A DNA stretch of 64,000 nt from an uncultured delta proteobacterium. GTDB taxonomy: Bacteria; Myxococcota; Myxococcia; Myxococcales; Myxococcaceae. The position numbers and the translations under genes were made by a program. This document shows, piece by piece, positions 1 to 9,773 of the stretch; position 1 is the stretch's first letter, and the number at the start of each line of letters is the position of its first letter. The notes beneath the pieces were generated by a model. It was not told the origin of the DNA. It saw only the letters and a program-made list of their open reading frames with translations, and made no database searches. The DNA is taken from positions 32,001 through 96,000 of the forward strand of contig CAVZMH010000024.1 of assembly GCA_963776345.1 (NCBI GenBank), read 5' to 3'.

Positions 1-49
1 TCGTCCTCGCGCGCGCGGCGAACCACCGGGCGGGGGTGAAGGACGTGCC

Positions 50-1099
50 GTGGATTCCGGGCGGGACGCCGGCGCCCTGAGGGCGGTCGCCCCGGCAGCC
101 CGCCTGCACGCGCTGGCGCTCCAGGCGGGGTTCGACCTGTGCGGCTTCGCCCGGCCGGAGCCCATCCCGGCGCCGGCGCTCCTCGACTGGCTCGCCGCCG
201 GGATGGCCGCGGACATGGACTGGCTCGCCGAGCGTGCCGCGGACCGGCTCGATCCGCTCCGGCTGCTTCCGGGCGCGCGCACGGTGGTCGCGCTCGGGTG
301 CAACTACTGGACGGACACCTCCGGGGTGGAGGGCTCGCCCGTCGCCCGCTACGCCCGCGGGCGCGACTACCACGCGACGCTGCGCGACCGGCTCCGGGCC
401 TTGCGCCGGCTGCTCCGCGCCGAGTACCCGGGGCTGGAGACCTACGGCTCGGTGGACCACGGCCCGTTCATGGAGAAGGTGTGGGCGGCGCGCGCGGGCC
501 TCGGCGTGGTCGCCCGGAGCGGATGCCTGGTGACGCCCCGCTTCGGCTCGTGGGTGGTGCTCGCCGTGCTCCTGGTCGAGCTCGAGGTGGACGCCTACGC
601 CGACGGGCCCACCGAGGACCGGTGCGGTTCCTGCCGGCTCTGCGTCGACGCCTGCCCCACGGGCGCGCTGGACGGCGCCGGGCGCGTCGACTCGCGGGCC
701 TGCCTCTCGTACCAGACCATCGAGAACGAGGGGCCGGTCCCGGTGGAGCACCGCGAGGCGATGGCGCCGCACGTCTTCGGATGCGACGTCTGCCAGGACG
801 TCTGTCCGCTCAACGCGGGCCCCCTGCCCGCGCCCGGACAGAGGTTCCTGCCCCGGGCGGTGGCGGGCCTCGACGCGCGCGGGCTGGCGGCGATGACCGC
901 CGAGTCCTACCGGGAGCTCGTCCCCGGGACCGCGCTCGCCCGGGCCGGCTACGACGGGCTTCGCCGGAACGCCGCCTACGCGCTCGGCGCCGCCCGCGAC
1001 GCCGGCGCCCGGCCGGTGCTGGAAAAGCTGGCGCACGACCCGAGCGCTGTGGTGAGTGACGCCGCCCGATGGGCCCTCGCCCGACTTCCCCCGCCCTGA
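50..1099 (+). CDS. queG: Epoxyqueuosine reductase
   Basis: YARGRDYH and EKVWAARAGLG motifs; two 4Fe-4S motifs (CGSCRLCVDACP, GCDVCQDVCP); C-terminal HEAT-like RNAAYALG. Confidence 0.92.
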   Translation: MDSGRDAGALRAVAPAARLHALALQAGFDLCGFARPEPIPAPALLDWLAAGMAADMDWLAERAADRLDPLRLLPGARTVVALGCNYWTDTSGVEGSPVARYARGRDYHATLRDRLRALRRLLRAEYPGLETYGSVDHGPFMEKVWAARAGLGVVARSGCLVTPRFGSWVVLAVLLVELEVDAYADGPTEDRCGSCRLCVDACPTGALDGAGRVDSRACLSYQTIENEGPVPVEHREAMAPHVFGCDVCQDVCPLNAGPLPAPGQRFLPRAVAGLDARGLAAMTAESYRELVPGTALARAGYDGLRRNAAYALGAARDAGARPVLEKLAHDPSAVVSDAARWALARLPPP

Positions 1100-1107
1100 C
1101 CGCGCCC

Positions 1108-2094
1108 GTGGCCTCCGAGCTCGAGCCGGTGCACGCCCGGGGCGGGCGTGGGCCGGGCGTGGTCGCGGCGCTCCTGCTCCAGACCGCCATCAGCGGCGGC
1201 ACGTACCTGGTCGCCAAGCGCGCCTTGACCGAGGTCCCGGTCTCGACCCTGGTGCTCTGGCGGTTCCTCCTGAGCGGCGCGGTGTTCGCGGCGCTGGTCG
1301 TGCTGCTGCCCGGGCCGGCGCTGCCCCCACGGCGGGCCATCCCCGCGGTGCTCGGGCTCGGGTTCCTCGCCGGGCCGCTGAACCAGGGGCTGTTCTTCGC
1401 CGGGCTGACGCGGTCGACGGCGGCGCACGCCTCGCTGCTCTACGCGCTCACCCCCATCGGGGTGTACCTGTACTCGATGCTCCGGGGGCGCGAGTCGCCG
1501 AGCACGCGGGCGGGCCTCGGGCTCGCGCTCGCCTTCTCCGGCGCGCTGGTCCTGCTCCTGGCGCACGGGCTCCGGGCACTCTCCGGGGTGTTCGTCGGCG
1601 ACCTGCTCATCCTCGGGGCGGTCACCGCCTGGGTGGTCTACACCGCCGAGGGGAAGGCCTTCATCGGCGAGCACGGGGCGCTCCGGGCCACGGCCTGGTC
1701 GATGATCGCCGGCGCGCTGTGGCTGCTTCCCGCCACACCCTGGGCGCTGCGCCCGGAGTTCATCCTCGGGGCGGGCGCGGTGGTGAAGGGCGCCATCCTC
1801 TACCTGGCCCTCCTCACCTCCGTGGTGAGCTACCTCCTCTGGTACTGGGCGCTGGGGAGGACCGACGCCTCGAAGGTCGCCGTCTTCAGCAACCTGCAGC
1901 CGGTGGCGACGGCGCTGGCGGCGTGGGGGGTGCTCGGCGAGCGCATCGGGTGGGAGGTGGCGGTCGGCGGCGTGCTGGTGCTCGCCGGGGTGCGGCTCAC
2001 CAGCGTTCCGCGCGCCCCCCACCGCCGTTGGGGCGTCGCCTCCCCCGGCCCCGACCCCGCGGGCCCGCCCGGCCCAGCGGGGGAGCCGTCGTAG
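1108..2094 (+). CDS. DMT/EamA-family transporter
   Basis: About 10 hydrophobic helices in two EamA repeats (GDLLILGAV, FSNLQPV, LGERIG); GTG start chosen, uncertain. Confidence 0.85.
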   Translation: MASELEPVHARGGRGPGVVAALLLQTAISGGTYLVAKRALTEVPVSTLVLWRFLLSGAVFAALVVLLPGPALPPRRAIPAVLGLGFLAGPLNQGLFFAGLTRSTAAHASLLYALTPIGVYLYSMLRGRESPSTRAGLGLALAFSGALVLLLAHGLRALSGVFVGDLLILGAVTAWVVYTAEGKAFIGEHGALRATAWSMIAGALWLLPATPWALRPEFILGAGAVVKGAILYLALLTSVVSYLLWYWALGRTDASKVAVFSNLQPVATALAAWGVLGERIGWEVAVGGVLVLAGVRLTSVPRAPHRRWGVASPGPDPAGPPGPAGEPS

Positions 2095-2149
2095 AGTCGC
2101 GCGCCCCTGACCTCTGGCGCCCGCCGGCGAGGCCGGCCCGGCGGGAATC

Positions 2150-2995
2150 TCACTTCAGCGTCACCGGCTTCACCCCCGCGGCCTGAGCCTGGGCGGCGAG
2201 CTTCTGCTTGATCGGGCGCAGCCGGTCGGCGCCGAGCTCGGTCCCCGAAAGGTGCTTCTCCCCGATGTATTGCTCGAGGTGGGTGATGCGGTCGGCGGTC
2301 AGCGGGTGGTTCGAGAGGAACGCGGCGAACGCCGGCTGGTTCCCCTCCATCGCCTTCAGCTTCTCGAAGAACTGGATGATCCCCCGCGGGTCGTACCGCG
2401 CCTGGGCCGCATAGCGGGCGCCGTACTCGTCCGCCTCGGTCTCGTCCTGCCGGCTGTACGAGAGCAGCGCGCCCTGCGCGGCCAGCGTCCCGGCGAGCTG
2501 CGCCAGCTGGTTGGGGTTCTGCCCGAGCGCGATGCCCAGCACCGTCTCCAGACCCATCGCGTCCACCATCTGCCGGGCCGAATGCCGGGCCACCACGTGC
2601 CCCGACTCGTGCCCCCACACGCCCGCGAGCTGGGCCTCGTTGTCCGCCGCCATCAGGAGGCCGGTGTACACGTAGAGGTTTCCGCCGGGCGTGGCGAAGG
2701 CGTTGACCTGCTTCGGGTCGTCGATGACGTAGACCTTCCAGTTGACGCCCGGCCGATCCTTGTTGGCGGAGACGAAGATCCTGTCCGCCACCCCGCGGAC
2801 GTACTTCACGATCTCCGCGTCCTGGACGTACTTGGTGCCCTGCTTGTCCAGCTCTTGCTTCACTTGTTGGCCGAGCTGGTCCTCCTCCTGGTCGGAGATG
2901 AGGGCCTTGGCCATCCCCTCGGAGGTGTGAATTCCGCAGCCGCCCAGGACGAGGGCTCCGGCGGCGGTGAGGGCACGAGCGGACGTTCGGAACAT
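2150..2995 (-). CDS. M48-family Zn metalloprotease, lipoprotein
   Basis: Lipobox VLGGC; VNAFATPGG, HESGH, YSRQDETEAD, FLSNHP. Confidence 0.9.
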   Translation of the reverse strand: MFRTSARALTAAGALVLGGCGIHTSEGMAKALISDQEEDQLGQQVKQELDKQGTKYVQDAEIVKYVRGVADRIFVSANKDRPGVNWKVYVIDDPKQVNAFATPGGNLYVYTGLLMAADNEAQLAGVWGHESGHVVARHSARQMVDAMGLETVLGIALGQNPNQLAQLAGTLAAQGALLSYSRQDETEADEYGARYAAQARYDPRGIIQFFEKLKAMEGNQPAFAAFLSNHPLTADRITHLEQYIGEKHLSGTELGADRLRPIKQKLAAQAQAAGVKPVTLK

Positions 2996-3068
2996 GACAG
3001 GGCCTCCCTGAGTGGGATGGATAGTGCCTCCCCGGGCGCGACGCCAGGGCGCCCGCGGGCGGCTCGGC

Positions 3069-3260
3069 TCAGAGGAAGTCAGAGCACGACGCGTAGTACC
3101 CGCAGCGGCAGAAGAGCTTGCACTTGCGCTCCTCGAGCGGCGCGCCGCAGTTGAGGCAGGTGCGGACCAGCGCCTCGGGCCCGCTCGGCCTCGGCGGCGA
3201 TGCCGGCGCGCGAAGGAGCTGCGGAGGCGAGCGACCATCGCTCGAGGGTGGAGAGCTCAT
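3069..3260 (-). CDS. Small zinc-finger protein (CPxCG-like, HVO_2523-type pattern)
   Basis: CLNCGAPLEERKCKLFCRCGYYASCSDF; start uncertain. Confidence 0.65.
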   Translation of the reverse strand: MSSPPSSDGRSPPQLLRAPASPPRPSGPEALVRTCLNCGAPLEERKCKLFCRCGYYASCSDFL

Positions 3261-3302
3261 CGCGTCCGAGCGTACCGCCGCCGAGCGACGAACGGGAGCG
3301 GC

Positions 3303-3434
3303 TCAGCGGCGGATGAGCAGGACGCCGGCGACGAGCAGGACCGCCCCGAGCGCGCGACCGGGGCCGAACGGTTGCTGAGGCACCCCGAGAAGGCCGAAGC
3401 GGTCGATGACCATCGCGGTGACCAGCCCGGCCAC
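3303..3434 (-). pseudogene. C-terminal remnant of a YdcZ/DUF606-type DMT protein
   Basis: Reads VAGLVTAMVIDRFGLLGVPQQPFGPGRALGAVLLVAGVLLIRR*; an in-frame stop lies just upstream; absent from the ORF track. Confidence 0.6.
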
Positions 3435-3497
3435 GCCCCGGCGCGGCGGTCACTGTGCTCCCGGGCGACGGCTCGCTCGTGACAGGCTCGGCGTCGC

Positions 3498-4145
3498 ATG
3501 GAACCGGTCACCCCCGTCACCCTCCAGGGGCGGCACGTCCGGCTGGAGCCGCTCGGCCCCCAGCACCTCGACGGCCTCCAGGCGATCATCGAGGGTCCCC
3601 GGGACACGTTCGGCCTCACCCCGGTGCCCCGGAGCCGGAGCGAGCTCGAGGCCTACGTGGGCGCCGCGCTCGAGGACCAGCGGCGCACGCTCGCGCTCCC
3701 CTTCGCCACGCTGGAGGCGCGAACGGGGCGGGTGGTGGGGACCACCCGCTTCGGCAACATCGAGTTCTGGCTCATCCCGCCGGGCTCCGACGTCGGCCGA
3801 CCCCCCGGGGTGCCCCACGCGGTGGAGATCGGCTGGACCTGGCTAGCCCCGGCCGCCCAGCGCACCGCCGTCAACACCGAGGCCAAGCGCCTGATGCTCG
3901 CCCACGCCTTCGAGCGCTGGGAGGTGTTCCGCGTCTCGCTCAAGACCGACGCCCGCAACGTCCGCTCGCGCGCCGCCATCGAGCGCCTCGGCGCTCGCCT
4001 GGACGCGGTCATGCGCGCCCACTCTCCCGCGGCCGACCGCGGGGCGCGCGACGCGGCCTTCTACTCGATGCTCGCGGCCGAGTGGCCGGACGCCCGGGCG
4101 CGGCTGGACGCCCGGCTCGCCCGCGGAGCGCGTCCCGCTACTTGA
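3498..4145 (+). CDS. GNAT N-acetyltransferase (RimJ/RimL-like)
   Basis: VRLEPL, VEIGWTW, NTEAKRLML, KTDARNVRSRAAIERLGA. Confidence 0.9.
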   Translation: MEPVTPVTLQGRHVRLEPLGPQHLDGLQAIIEGPRDTFGLTPVPRSRSELEAYVGAALEDQRRTLALPFATLEARTGRVVGTTRFGNIEFWLIPPGSDVGRPPGVPHAVEIGWTWLAPAAQRTAVNTEAKRLMLAHAFERWEVFRVSLKTDARNVRSRAAIERLGARLDAVMRAHSPAADRGARDAAFYSMLAAEWPDARARLDARLARGARPAT

Positions 4146-4740
4146 GGCGGCTCTCGGCCGCTCCCCAGTCGATGTTGGAGAAGTACGCCTCGACGTACTT
4201 GGCGCGCTCGAACGGCTTGTAGTCCGGCACGAAGGCGTGCTCCCAGGCGTCCATCACCACGATGGGCCGGAAGCCGGCGATGTTGTTCGTCTCGTGCAGG
4301 GTGATCCAGTGGTTGGAGAGCCAGCCGTTGGTGGGGTCCTGGTAGGTCACCGCCCAGCCGATGCCCGGCATGGTCGCGACCGCCTTGAGGTCCGCCAGGT
4401 ACACGTCCCAGCTGGAGAAGCTCGCCTCGGCGGCGGCCTTCAGCTTCGCCCCGGGGTTGCCCGAGCCGCCGGGCTTCATCCCGGCGAAGTAGTACTCGTG
4501 CAGGACCATCCCGTTGTACTCGAAGCCCAGCCGGCGGGTCATCTCGGCGTAGGCCGGGTTCGCGCCCGACGCCTGACCCTCCTTGGCCAGGCCGTAGAGC
4601 GTCTCGGTCAGCTTGTTGGTGCGGTTGACGTAGCCCTCGTAGAGCTTGAAGTGGGACTCGAGCACGCCGTCGCTGATGCCCTTCAGTGCCTTCAGATGCG
4701 GAAAGGACTTCGGGGTGTACTTCTTGCCCAGGTCTGCCAT
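4138..4740 (-). CDS. Fe/Mn superoxide dismutase family protein
   Basis: Metal ligands in HFKLYEGY, LHEYYF and DAWEHAF; ATG at 4740 with an upstream GGAG. Confidence 0.9.
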   Translation of the reverse strand: MADLGKKYTPKSFPHLKALKGISDGVLESHFKLYEGYVNRTNKLTETLYGLAKEGQASGANPAYAEMTRRLGFEYNGMVLHEYYFAGMKPGGSGNPGAKLKAAAEASFSSWDVYLADLKAVATMPGIGWAVTYQDPTNGWLSNHWITLHETNNIAGFRPIVVMDAWEHAFVPDYKPFERAKYVEAYFSNIDWGAAESRLK

Positions 4741-4806
4741 GGATGACTCCTCCTGTCGTCGGACGAGGGGCTTAATGCCGAGCCGGGGCAGTTGGCGAAC
4801 CCAAAA

Positions 4807-5628
4807 ATGCCCGAGCTTCCGGAGGTGGAGATTGCACGACGCACGCTCGAGCGGTGGCTCGGCGTCGCCGAGGTGACCCGGGCCGAGGCCGAGCGGACGC
4901 GGGTCTTCCGGGGGGGCGGCCGCGGCGCCTTCGCCGGGCTCCGGGGACGCCTCGCCCGGGCCGAGCGCCACGGGAAGGTGCTCCTCGTCTCCCTCGACTC
5001 GGGCCAGGGCTTCCTGTCGCACCTGGGAATGACCGGCAAGTGGGTCCGGCGCCCGGCGGGCGAGGCCGTCCCCTACAGCCGGGCGCGCCTGCTGCTGGCC
5101 GACGGCACGGTGGTCCACTACCGGGACCCGCGCCTCTTCGGACGCATCGAGCCCCACCCGGCGGACGCGCTCCGCTCGCTCCCGGTGCTCCGGTCGCTGG
5201 GGCCCGACCCGCTCCTCACCCCCCTCTCGGGCCGTGCGCTCCGGGACGCCCTCGGCCCGACCCGGGCCCCCATCAAGGTGGCGCTCATGGACCAGCGGCG
5301 GCTCGCGGGCCTGGGGAACATCCACGCCGCCGAGGCGCTCTGGCGCGCCCGGCTCCACCCGGCCCGCCCCACGCGGGACCTGGAGCTCCCGGAGTGGAAC
5401 CGGCTGGCCACCGCCATCCGCCGCGGCCTGGCCTTCGCGCTGTCCGCCGAGGAGGGCGAGGAGATCGCCTACGTCGAGGAGCCGGGGACGGAGAACCCGT
5501 TCCGGGTCTACGCTCGCGCCGGCGAGCCCTGCCCTCGCTGCGGCACACCGCTCAGGCTGCTGCGGCAGGCGGGCCGGAGAACCGACCTCTGTCCCCGGTG
5601 TCAGCCGGCGAGGAGAAGCAAGGGATGA
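4807..5628 (+). CDS. mutM: Formamidopyrimidine-DNA glycosylase (Fpg/Nei)
   Basis: MPELPEVE, HLGMTG, DPRLFG, GLGNI, C-terminal CPRC...CPRC zinc finger. Confidence 0.92.
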   Translation: MPELPEVEIARRTLERWLGVAEVTRAEAERTRVFRGGGRGAFAGLRGRLARAERHGKVLLVSLDSGQGFLSHLGMTGKWVRRPAGEAVPYSRARLLLADGTVVHYRDPRLFGRIEPHPADALRSLPVLRSLGPDPLLTPLSGRALRDALGPTRAPIKVALMDQRRLAGLGNIHAAEALWRARLHPARPTRDLELPEWNRLATAIRRGLAFALSAEEGEEIAYVEEPGTENPFRVYARAGEPCPRCGTPLRLLRQAGRRTDLCPRCQPARRSKG

Positions 5629-6071
5629 CCGTTCGCGCGAAGGGCCTGGACCACGTGGCCATCGTGGTCCGCGATCTCGAGGAGAGCATCCGGCTGTGGC
5701 GCGACGCGCTCGGGCTCGAGCTGACCCACGTCGAGGAGGTCCCGGAGCAGCAAGTGCGGACCGCCATCTTCGGCCACGGGATGGGACGGGTGGAGCTCAT
5801 CTCCCCCACCACCGCCGACTCGGGCGTGGCCCGCTTCCTCGCCACCCGCGGGGAGGGTCTCCACCACGTGTGCATCGAGGTGGAGGACATCGAGTCGGCG
5901 ATGGACTCGCTCCGGAAGGCCGGCGCCCCGCTCATCGATCAGGAGCCCCGCCCCGGCGCCGGGGGGGCGCGGGTGGCGTTCGTTCACCCCAAGGGAATGC
6001 GCGGGGTCCTGACCGAGCTGCGCCAGGGCCCGGCCGGGCCGGCCCACGCGGTCAGCGGCCGGCGTCCTTGA
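5625..6071 (+). CDS. mce: Methylmalonyl-CoA epimerase (VOC family)
   Basis: LDHVAIVV, VELISP, GEGLHHVCIEVEDI, AFVHPK, GVLTEL; ATGA overlap with mutM. Confidence 0.88.
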   Translation: MTVRAKGLDHVAIVVRDLEESIRLWRDALGLELTHVEEVPEQQVRTAIFGHGMGRVELISPTTADSGVARFLATRGEGLHHVCIEVEDIESAMDSLRKAGAPLIDQEPRPGAGGARVAFVHPKGMRGVLTELRQGPAGPAHAVSGRRP

Positions 6072-6345
6072 AGCAGAAGAGGTCCTGGGTGTTGGTCGCC
6101 GGGTTCTGGCCGGCGAGGCACTGGCTGCCGCTGGGACAGTCCTTGTCCAGCTCGCAGCGGTGTGTGCAGACGCAGTTCTGGCCCACCCGGCAGAAGCAGC
6201 TCTCGGGCGCGGTGCAGTCGGTCGTCACGGCGTACACCGAGCACGCCTCGCCGTACTGGCTGAGACTGTCGCCGCACGCGCCGATGAGCGCGAGCAAGAG
6301 TGCCGCGCCGAGGGACAGCAGGGGAATCCGGATGCTCCGATTCAT
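6052..6345 (-). CDS. Small Cys-rich lipoprotein
   Basis: Signal peptide with lipobox LIGAC followed by about 10 further Cys. Confidence 0.7.
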   Translation of the reverse strand: MNRSIRIPLLSLGAALLLALIGACGDSLSQYGEACSVYAVTTDCTAPESCFCRVGQNCVCTHRCELDKDCPSGSQCLAGQNPATNTQDLFCFKDAGR

Positions 6346-6402
6346 GTTGGTGGGATGCTAGCGCAAGAGAGAGGGCCGGGGCGCGCAGCGGAGCAGACTT
6401 CA

Positions 6403-6431
6403 TTGACAGAGATGCGCGCGGGTGTCTTCAT
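6403..6431 (+). promoter_or_regulatory. Possible sigma70-type promoter for the TIGR04551-like/dap run
   Basis: Perfect TTGACA, 17-nt spacer ending TGn, weak -10 CTTCAT. Confidence 0.3.
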
Positions 6432-6467
6432 GCCGCGCCCTTCGTCCTACCCCTCCGGAGATTCACA

Positions 6468-8361
6468 GTGAAGGTCACTGCCCTGGCGGCGATGCTCGTC
6501 TCCGCCACCGCGCTCGCACAGACGCCACCGCCCGGCGCCCCCCTCGCCGAACCAAAGTTCCGGAGTGACGCCGACATCCAGCGGGAGATCGACGCGCGCG
6601 TCGAGGCGGCCAAGAAGGAGCTGCGCGAGGAGATGCGGGCTCAGGCCGCCACCGTCGCCGCCACCTCGGCCGGCAGCTCCTGGGAGACGGAGGCCGCCAC
6701 TCACCGGAAGCTCGACCTCCTGGAGCTCCACGGCTACTTCCGCGTCCGGCCCGAGCTGTTCCACAAGTTCGATCTCGACCAGCCTCCCGACTTCAGCGGC
6801 TACTGGCTGTTCCCCCGGCCGGACGGGACGGGCGCTCCGGGGATCGCGACCGGCGGCGGGCACAGCATCGCCGGCACCAACATGCGCTTCCGGCTGGACC
6901 CCACCCTCAACATCTCCGAGGAGGTGCGGATCCGCGCCCAGGTGGATGCCCTGGACAACCTGGTGTGGGGCAGCACACCCCAGTACGCCTACATCCGGCA
7001 GGACCGGGTGGACATGGGCATCCTCGGCGCCAGCCAGGTCCCGAACATCCCCGGCGTGAACTCCACGCAGAGCAACCTGGCGGTGAAGCGGGTCTGGGGC
7101 GAGGTGGCCACCCCGATCGGGCTCCTCAAGTTCGGCCGGATGGCAGATCAGTACGGCCTGGGCATCGTGCACAACGACGGGAATTGCCTGGACTGCGACT
7201 ACGGGAGCACCGTGGACCGGTTCCAGTTCGTGGCCGAGCCGCTCCCCGGCTTCTTCCTGGTCCCCACCATCGACTTCGACCTCGAGGGGTTGGTGAGCGG
7301 CCACGTCAACACCCAGGGCCAGCCGTACGACGTCAGCAACAGCGACGACGCGCACACCTTCGGGATCATCCTCGCGCGCAAGGACACCGAGCAGAAGGCC
7401 CGGGCGAAGCTCGACGCCGGCGGCTCCATCTTCAACTACGGCCTGTTCTTCCAGTACCGGAGCCAGAACTACGAGTACAACCAGAACGGGAGCAACACCG
7501 CCTTCAACGAGCAAGACCCCTACACCAACCCTCAATCCCTCCCTCAGCCGGACCTCCCGGAGCGCCTACCTCTTCATCCCCGACCTCTGGCTGAAGTTCG
7601 AGCGCAAGGCCTTCCGGATCGAGCTGGAGGTCGCCGCATACCTGGGCAAGGCGAAGGCCTGCCTTCCCTACCTCGACGGGTCGAGCACCAGCTGCGACGC
7701 GGGGAGTCGCGCCTTCAAAGAGGAGCTGACCATCGCCCAGTACGGCGGCGCCCTGCAGACGGAGTGGCGTCTCCTCGAGGGGGCGCTGAAGATCGGGCTC
7801 GAGGTGGGCGCCGCCAGCGGCGACTCGGCGCCGGGGTTCGGGAACAAGCCGAATCGCCAGAGCAACCAGACCCGGCCCGGCTCCACCACCTCCGGTGCAC
7901 AGTGGGGCGACTACGAGGGCGCGCAGTACGGACAGCGGCCCTGCAGCCCGGGCGCGCCGAGCTACCAGGCGCTCTGCCAGGACCGCGACATCCGGAACTT
8001 CCGCTTCAACCAGGATTACCGGGTCGACCTCATCCTGTGGCGGGAGATCATCGGCGGCATCACCGATGCGCTCTACGTGAAGCCGGGCGTCTCCTACGCC
8101 TTCAACGACTCGCTGAGCGTCTTCGGCTCCCTGGTGTATTCCAAGGCGCTGAAGCCCACCAGCACCCCGTCCGGGACCAGCACCCAGCTCGGGCTGGAGA
8201 TCGACGCGGGCGTGCGGTACCAGACCGACGACGGGTTCTACGCCCAGCTCATGTATGGGGTGCTCTTCCCGTTCGACGGCCTCCAGTTCGGGTACCTCAG
8301 CGCCCCCGTCTCACCCTCGGTCGCCCAGGCGCTCCGTGCCCAGGTCGGGATTCGCTTCTAG
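6468..8361 (+). CDS. TIGR04551-like myxobacterial outer-membrane beta-barrel protein (one apparent frameshift near 7555)
   Basis: Signal peptide; LELHGYFRVRPELF, NMRFRLDPTLNISE, GNCLDCDYG, NFRFNQDYRVDLILWR; terminal Phe; frame changes near 7555. Confidence 0.75.
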
Positions 8362-8503
8362 GCACGCCGCGCTCCTCGCCCTCGTGCTCGCCGCCACAGG
8401 CTGCGGGGTCCGGCCCAACAACCTGCGCTCGCCGGCTCCCGCGCCGGCCAGCGCTCCATCGCCCGCCCCGCGCCCCCCCGGCGCACCCGACGCGGGTCCG
8501 TAG
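8336..8503 (+). CDS. Small lipoprotein (LptM/YifL-like position upstream of lysA)
   Basis: LLALVLAATGCG lipobox with a Pro-rich tail; start codon unclear. Confidence 0.45.
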   Translation: MPRSGFASRHAALLALVLAATGCGVRPNNLRSPAPAPASAPSPAPRPPGAPDAGP

Positions 8504-8512
8504 AGGGCGGCG

Positions 8513-9760
8513 ATGGACCACTTCCATCCACGCCGCGGGGTGCTCCACGTCGAGGACGTCTCGCTGGAGCGCATCGCGACGCGCGTCGGGACGCCAACCT
8601 ACGTCTACTCGGAGGCGACGCTGCGGCGGCATTTCCGGGTGGTGGACGAGGCGTTCGCCGGCGCCCCGCACCTCATCTGCTACTCGGTGAAGGCGAACGG
8701 GAACCTGGCGCTCCTCTCGGCGCTCGCGCGTTGGGGCTCGGGGTTCGACGTCGTCTCCGGCGGCGAGCTGGCGCGGGTGCTCGAGGCGGGCGGTGACCCC
8801 GCGCGCACCGTCTTCGCCGGGGTGGGCAAGACCGAGCCCGAGATGGCCTACGCGCTCCGGGCGGGCATCGGGATGTTCAACGTGGAGAGCGCCGAGGAGC
8901 TGGAGGCGCTCGACCGGGTGGGGCGCCGTCTCCGCCGCCGCGCCCCCTTCGCCATCCGGGTGAACCCCGGGGTGGAGGCCGGCACGCACCGGCACATCTC
9001 CACCGGGCACTCGACCTCGAAGTTCGGGGTCCCCTTCTCCGAGGCCCGCGCGCTCTACGCCCGGGCCCGCCGGATGCGCGGCGTGAGGGCGCGGGGCGTG
9101 GACTGCCACATCGGCAGCCAGCTCACCCGGCTCGGCCCGCTCGCCGCCGCGCTCCGCCAGGTCGCGGGGCTGTACCGCGCGCTCCGCGCCGGGGGGCAAC
9201 TGCTGGAGTGGCTCGACGTGGGCGGCGGTCTCGGCATCCGCTACCAGGACGAGGAGCCGCCCTCCCCGGACCGCTGGGCGGCCACCGTGCGCGAGGCCAC
9301 CCGGGACACCGGGGCCACGGTGCTGGTCGAGCCGGGCCGGGTGCTGGTGGGGAACGCCGGCGTGCTCCTCACCCGGGTGCTCTACCGGAAGCGGGCCGGG
9401 GGGCGGACGCTGGTGGTGGTGGACGCCGGGATGAACGACCTCCTCCGTCCGGCGCTCTACGGGGCCAAGCACACCATCGTCCCGGTGCGGGGCCGGCGGG
9501 GCAGGGCGCAGACGGTGGACGTGGTGGGCCCGGTCTGCGAATCGACCGACGTGCTGGGCCGCGACCGCCGCCTGGTGCTACCCGAGCCGGGCGCGCTGCT
9601 CGCCATCCGGGGCGCCGGGGCCTACGGGATGAGCATGGCCAGCACGTACAACGGGCGGCCCCGTCCGGCCGAGGTGCTGGTCTCGGGTGCCCGGGCCCGG
9701 GTGGTGCGCCGGCGCGAGCGGGTGGAGGACCTCTGGCGCGGCGAGCCAAGCGGACGGTAG
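8513..9760 (+). CDS. lysA: Diaminopimelate decarboxylase
   Basis: YSVKAN (PLP Lys), FDVVSGGE, HIGSQ, EPGR, GPVCES, GAYG. Confidence 0.95.
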   Translation: MDHFHPRRGVLHVEDVSLERIATRVGTPTYVYSEATLRRHFRVVDEAFAGAPHLICYSVKANGNLALLSALARWGSGFDVVSGGELARVLEAGGDPARTVFAGVGKTEPEMAYALRAGIGMFNVESAEELEALDRVGRRLRRRAPFAIRVNPGVEAGTHRHISTGHSTSKFGVPFSEARALYARARRMRGVRARGVDCHIGSQLTRLGPLAAALRQVAGLYRALRAGGQLLEWLDVGGGLGIRYQDEEPPSPDRWAATVREATRDTGATVLVEPGRVLVGNAGVLLTRVLYRKRAGGRTLVVVDAGMNDLLRPALYGAKHTIVPVRGRRGRAQTVDVVGPVCESTDVLGRDRRLVLPEPGALLAIRGAGAYGMSMASTYNGRPRPAEVLVSGARARVVRRRERVEDLWRGEPSGR

Positions 9761-9773
9761 GGTGGCCGGCGCG

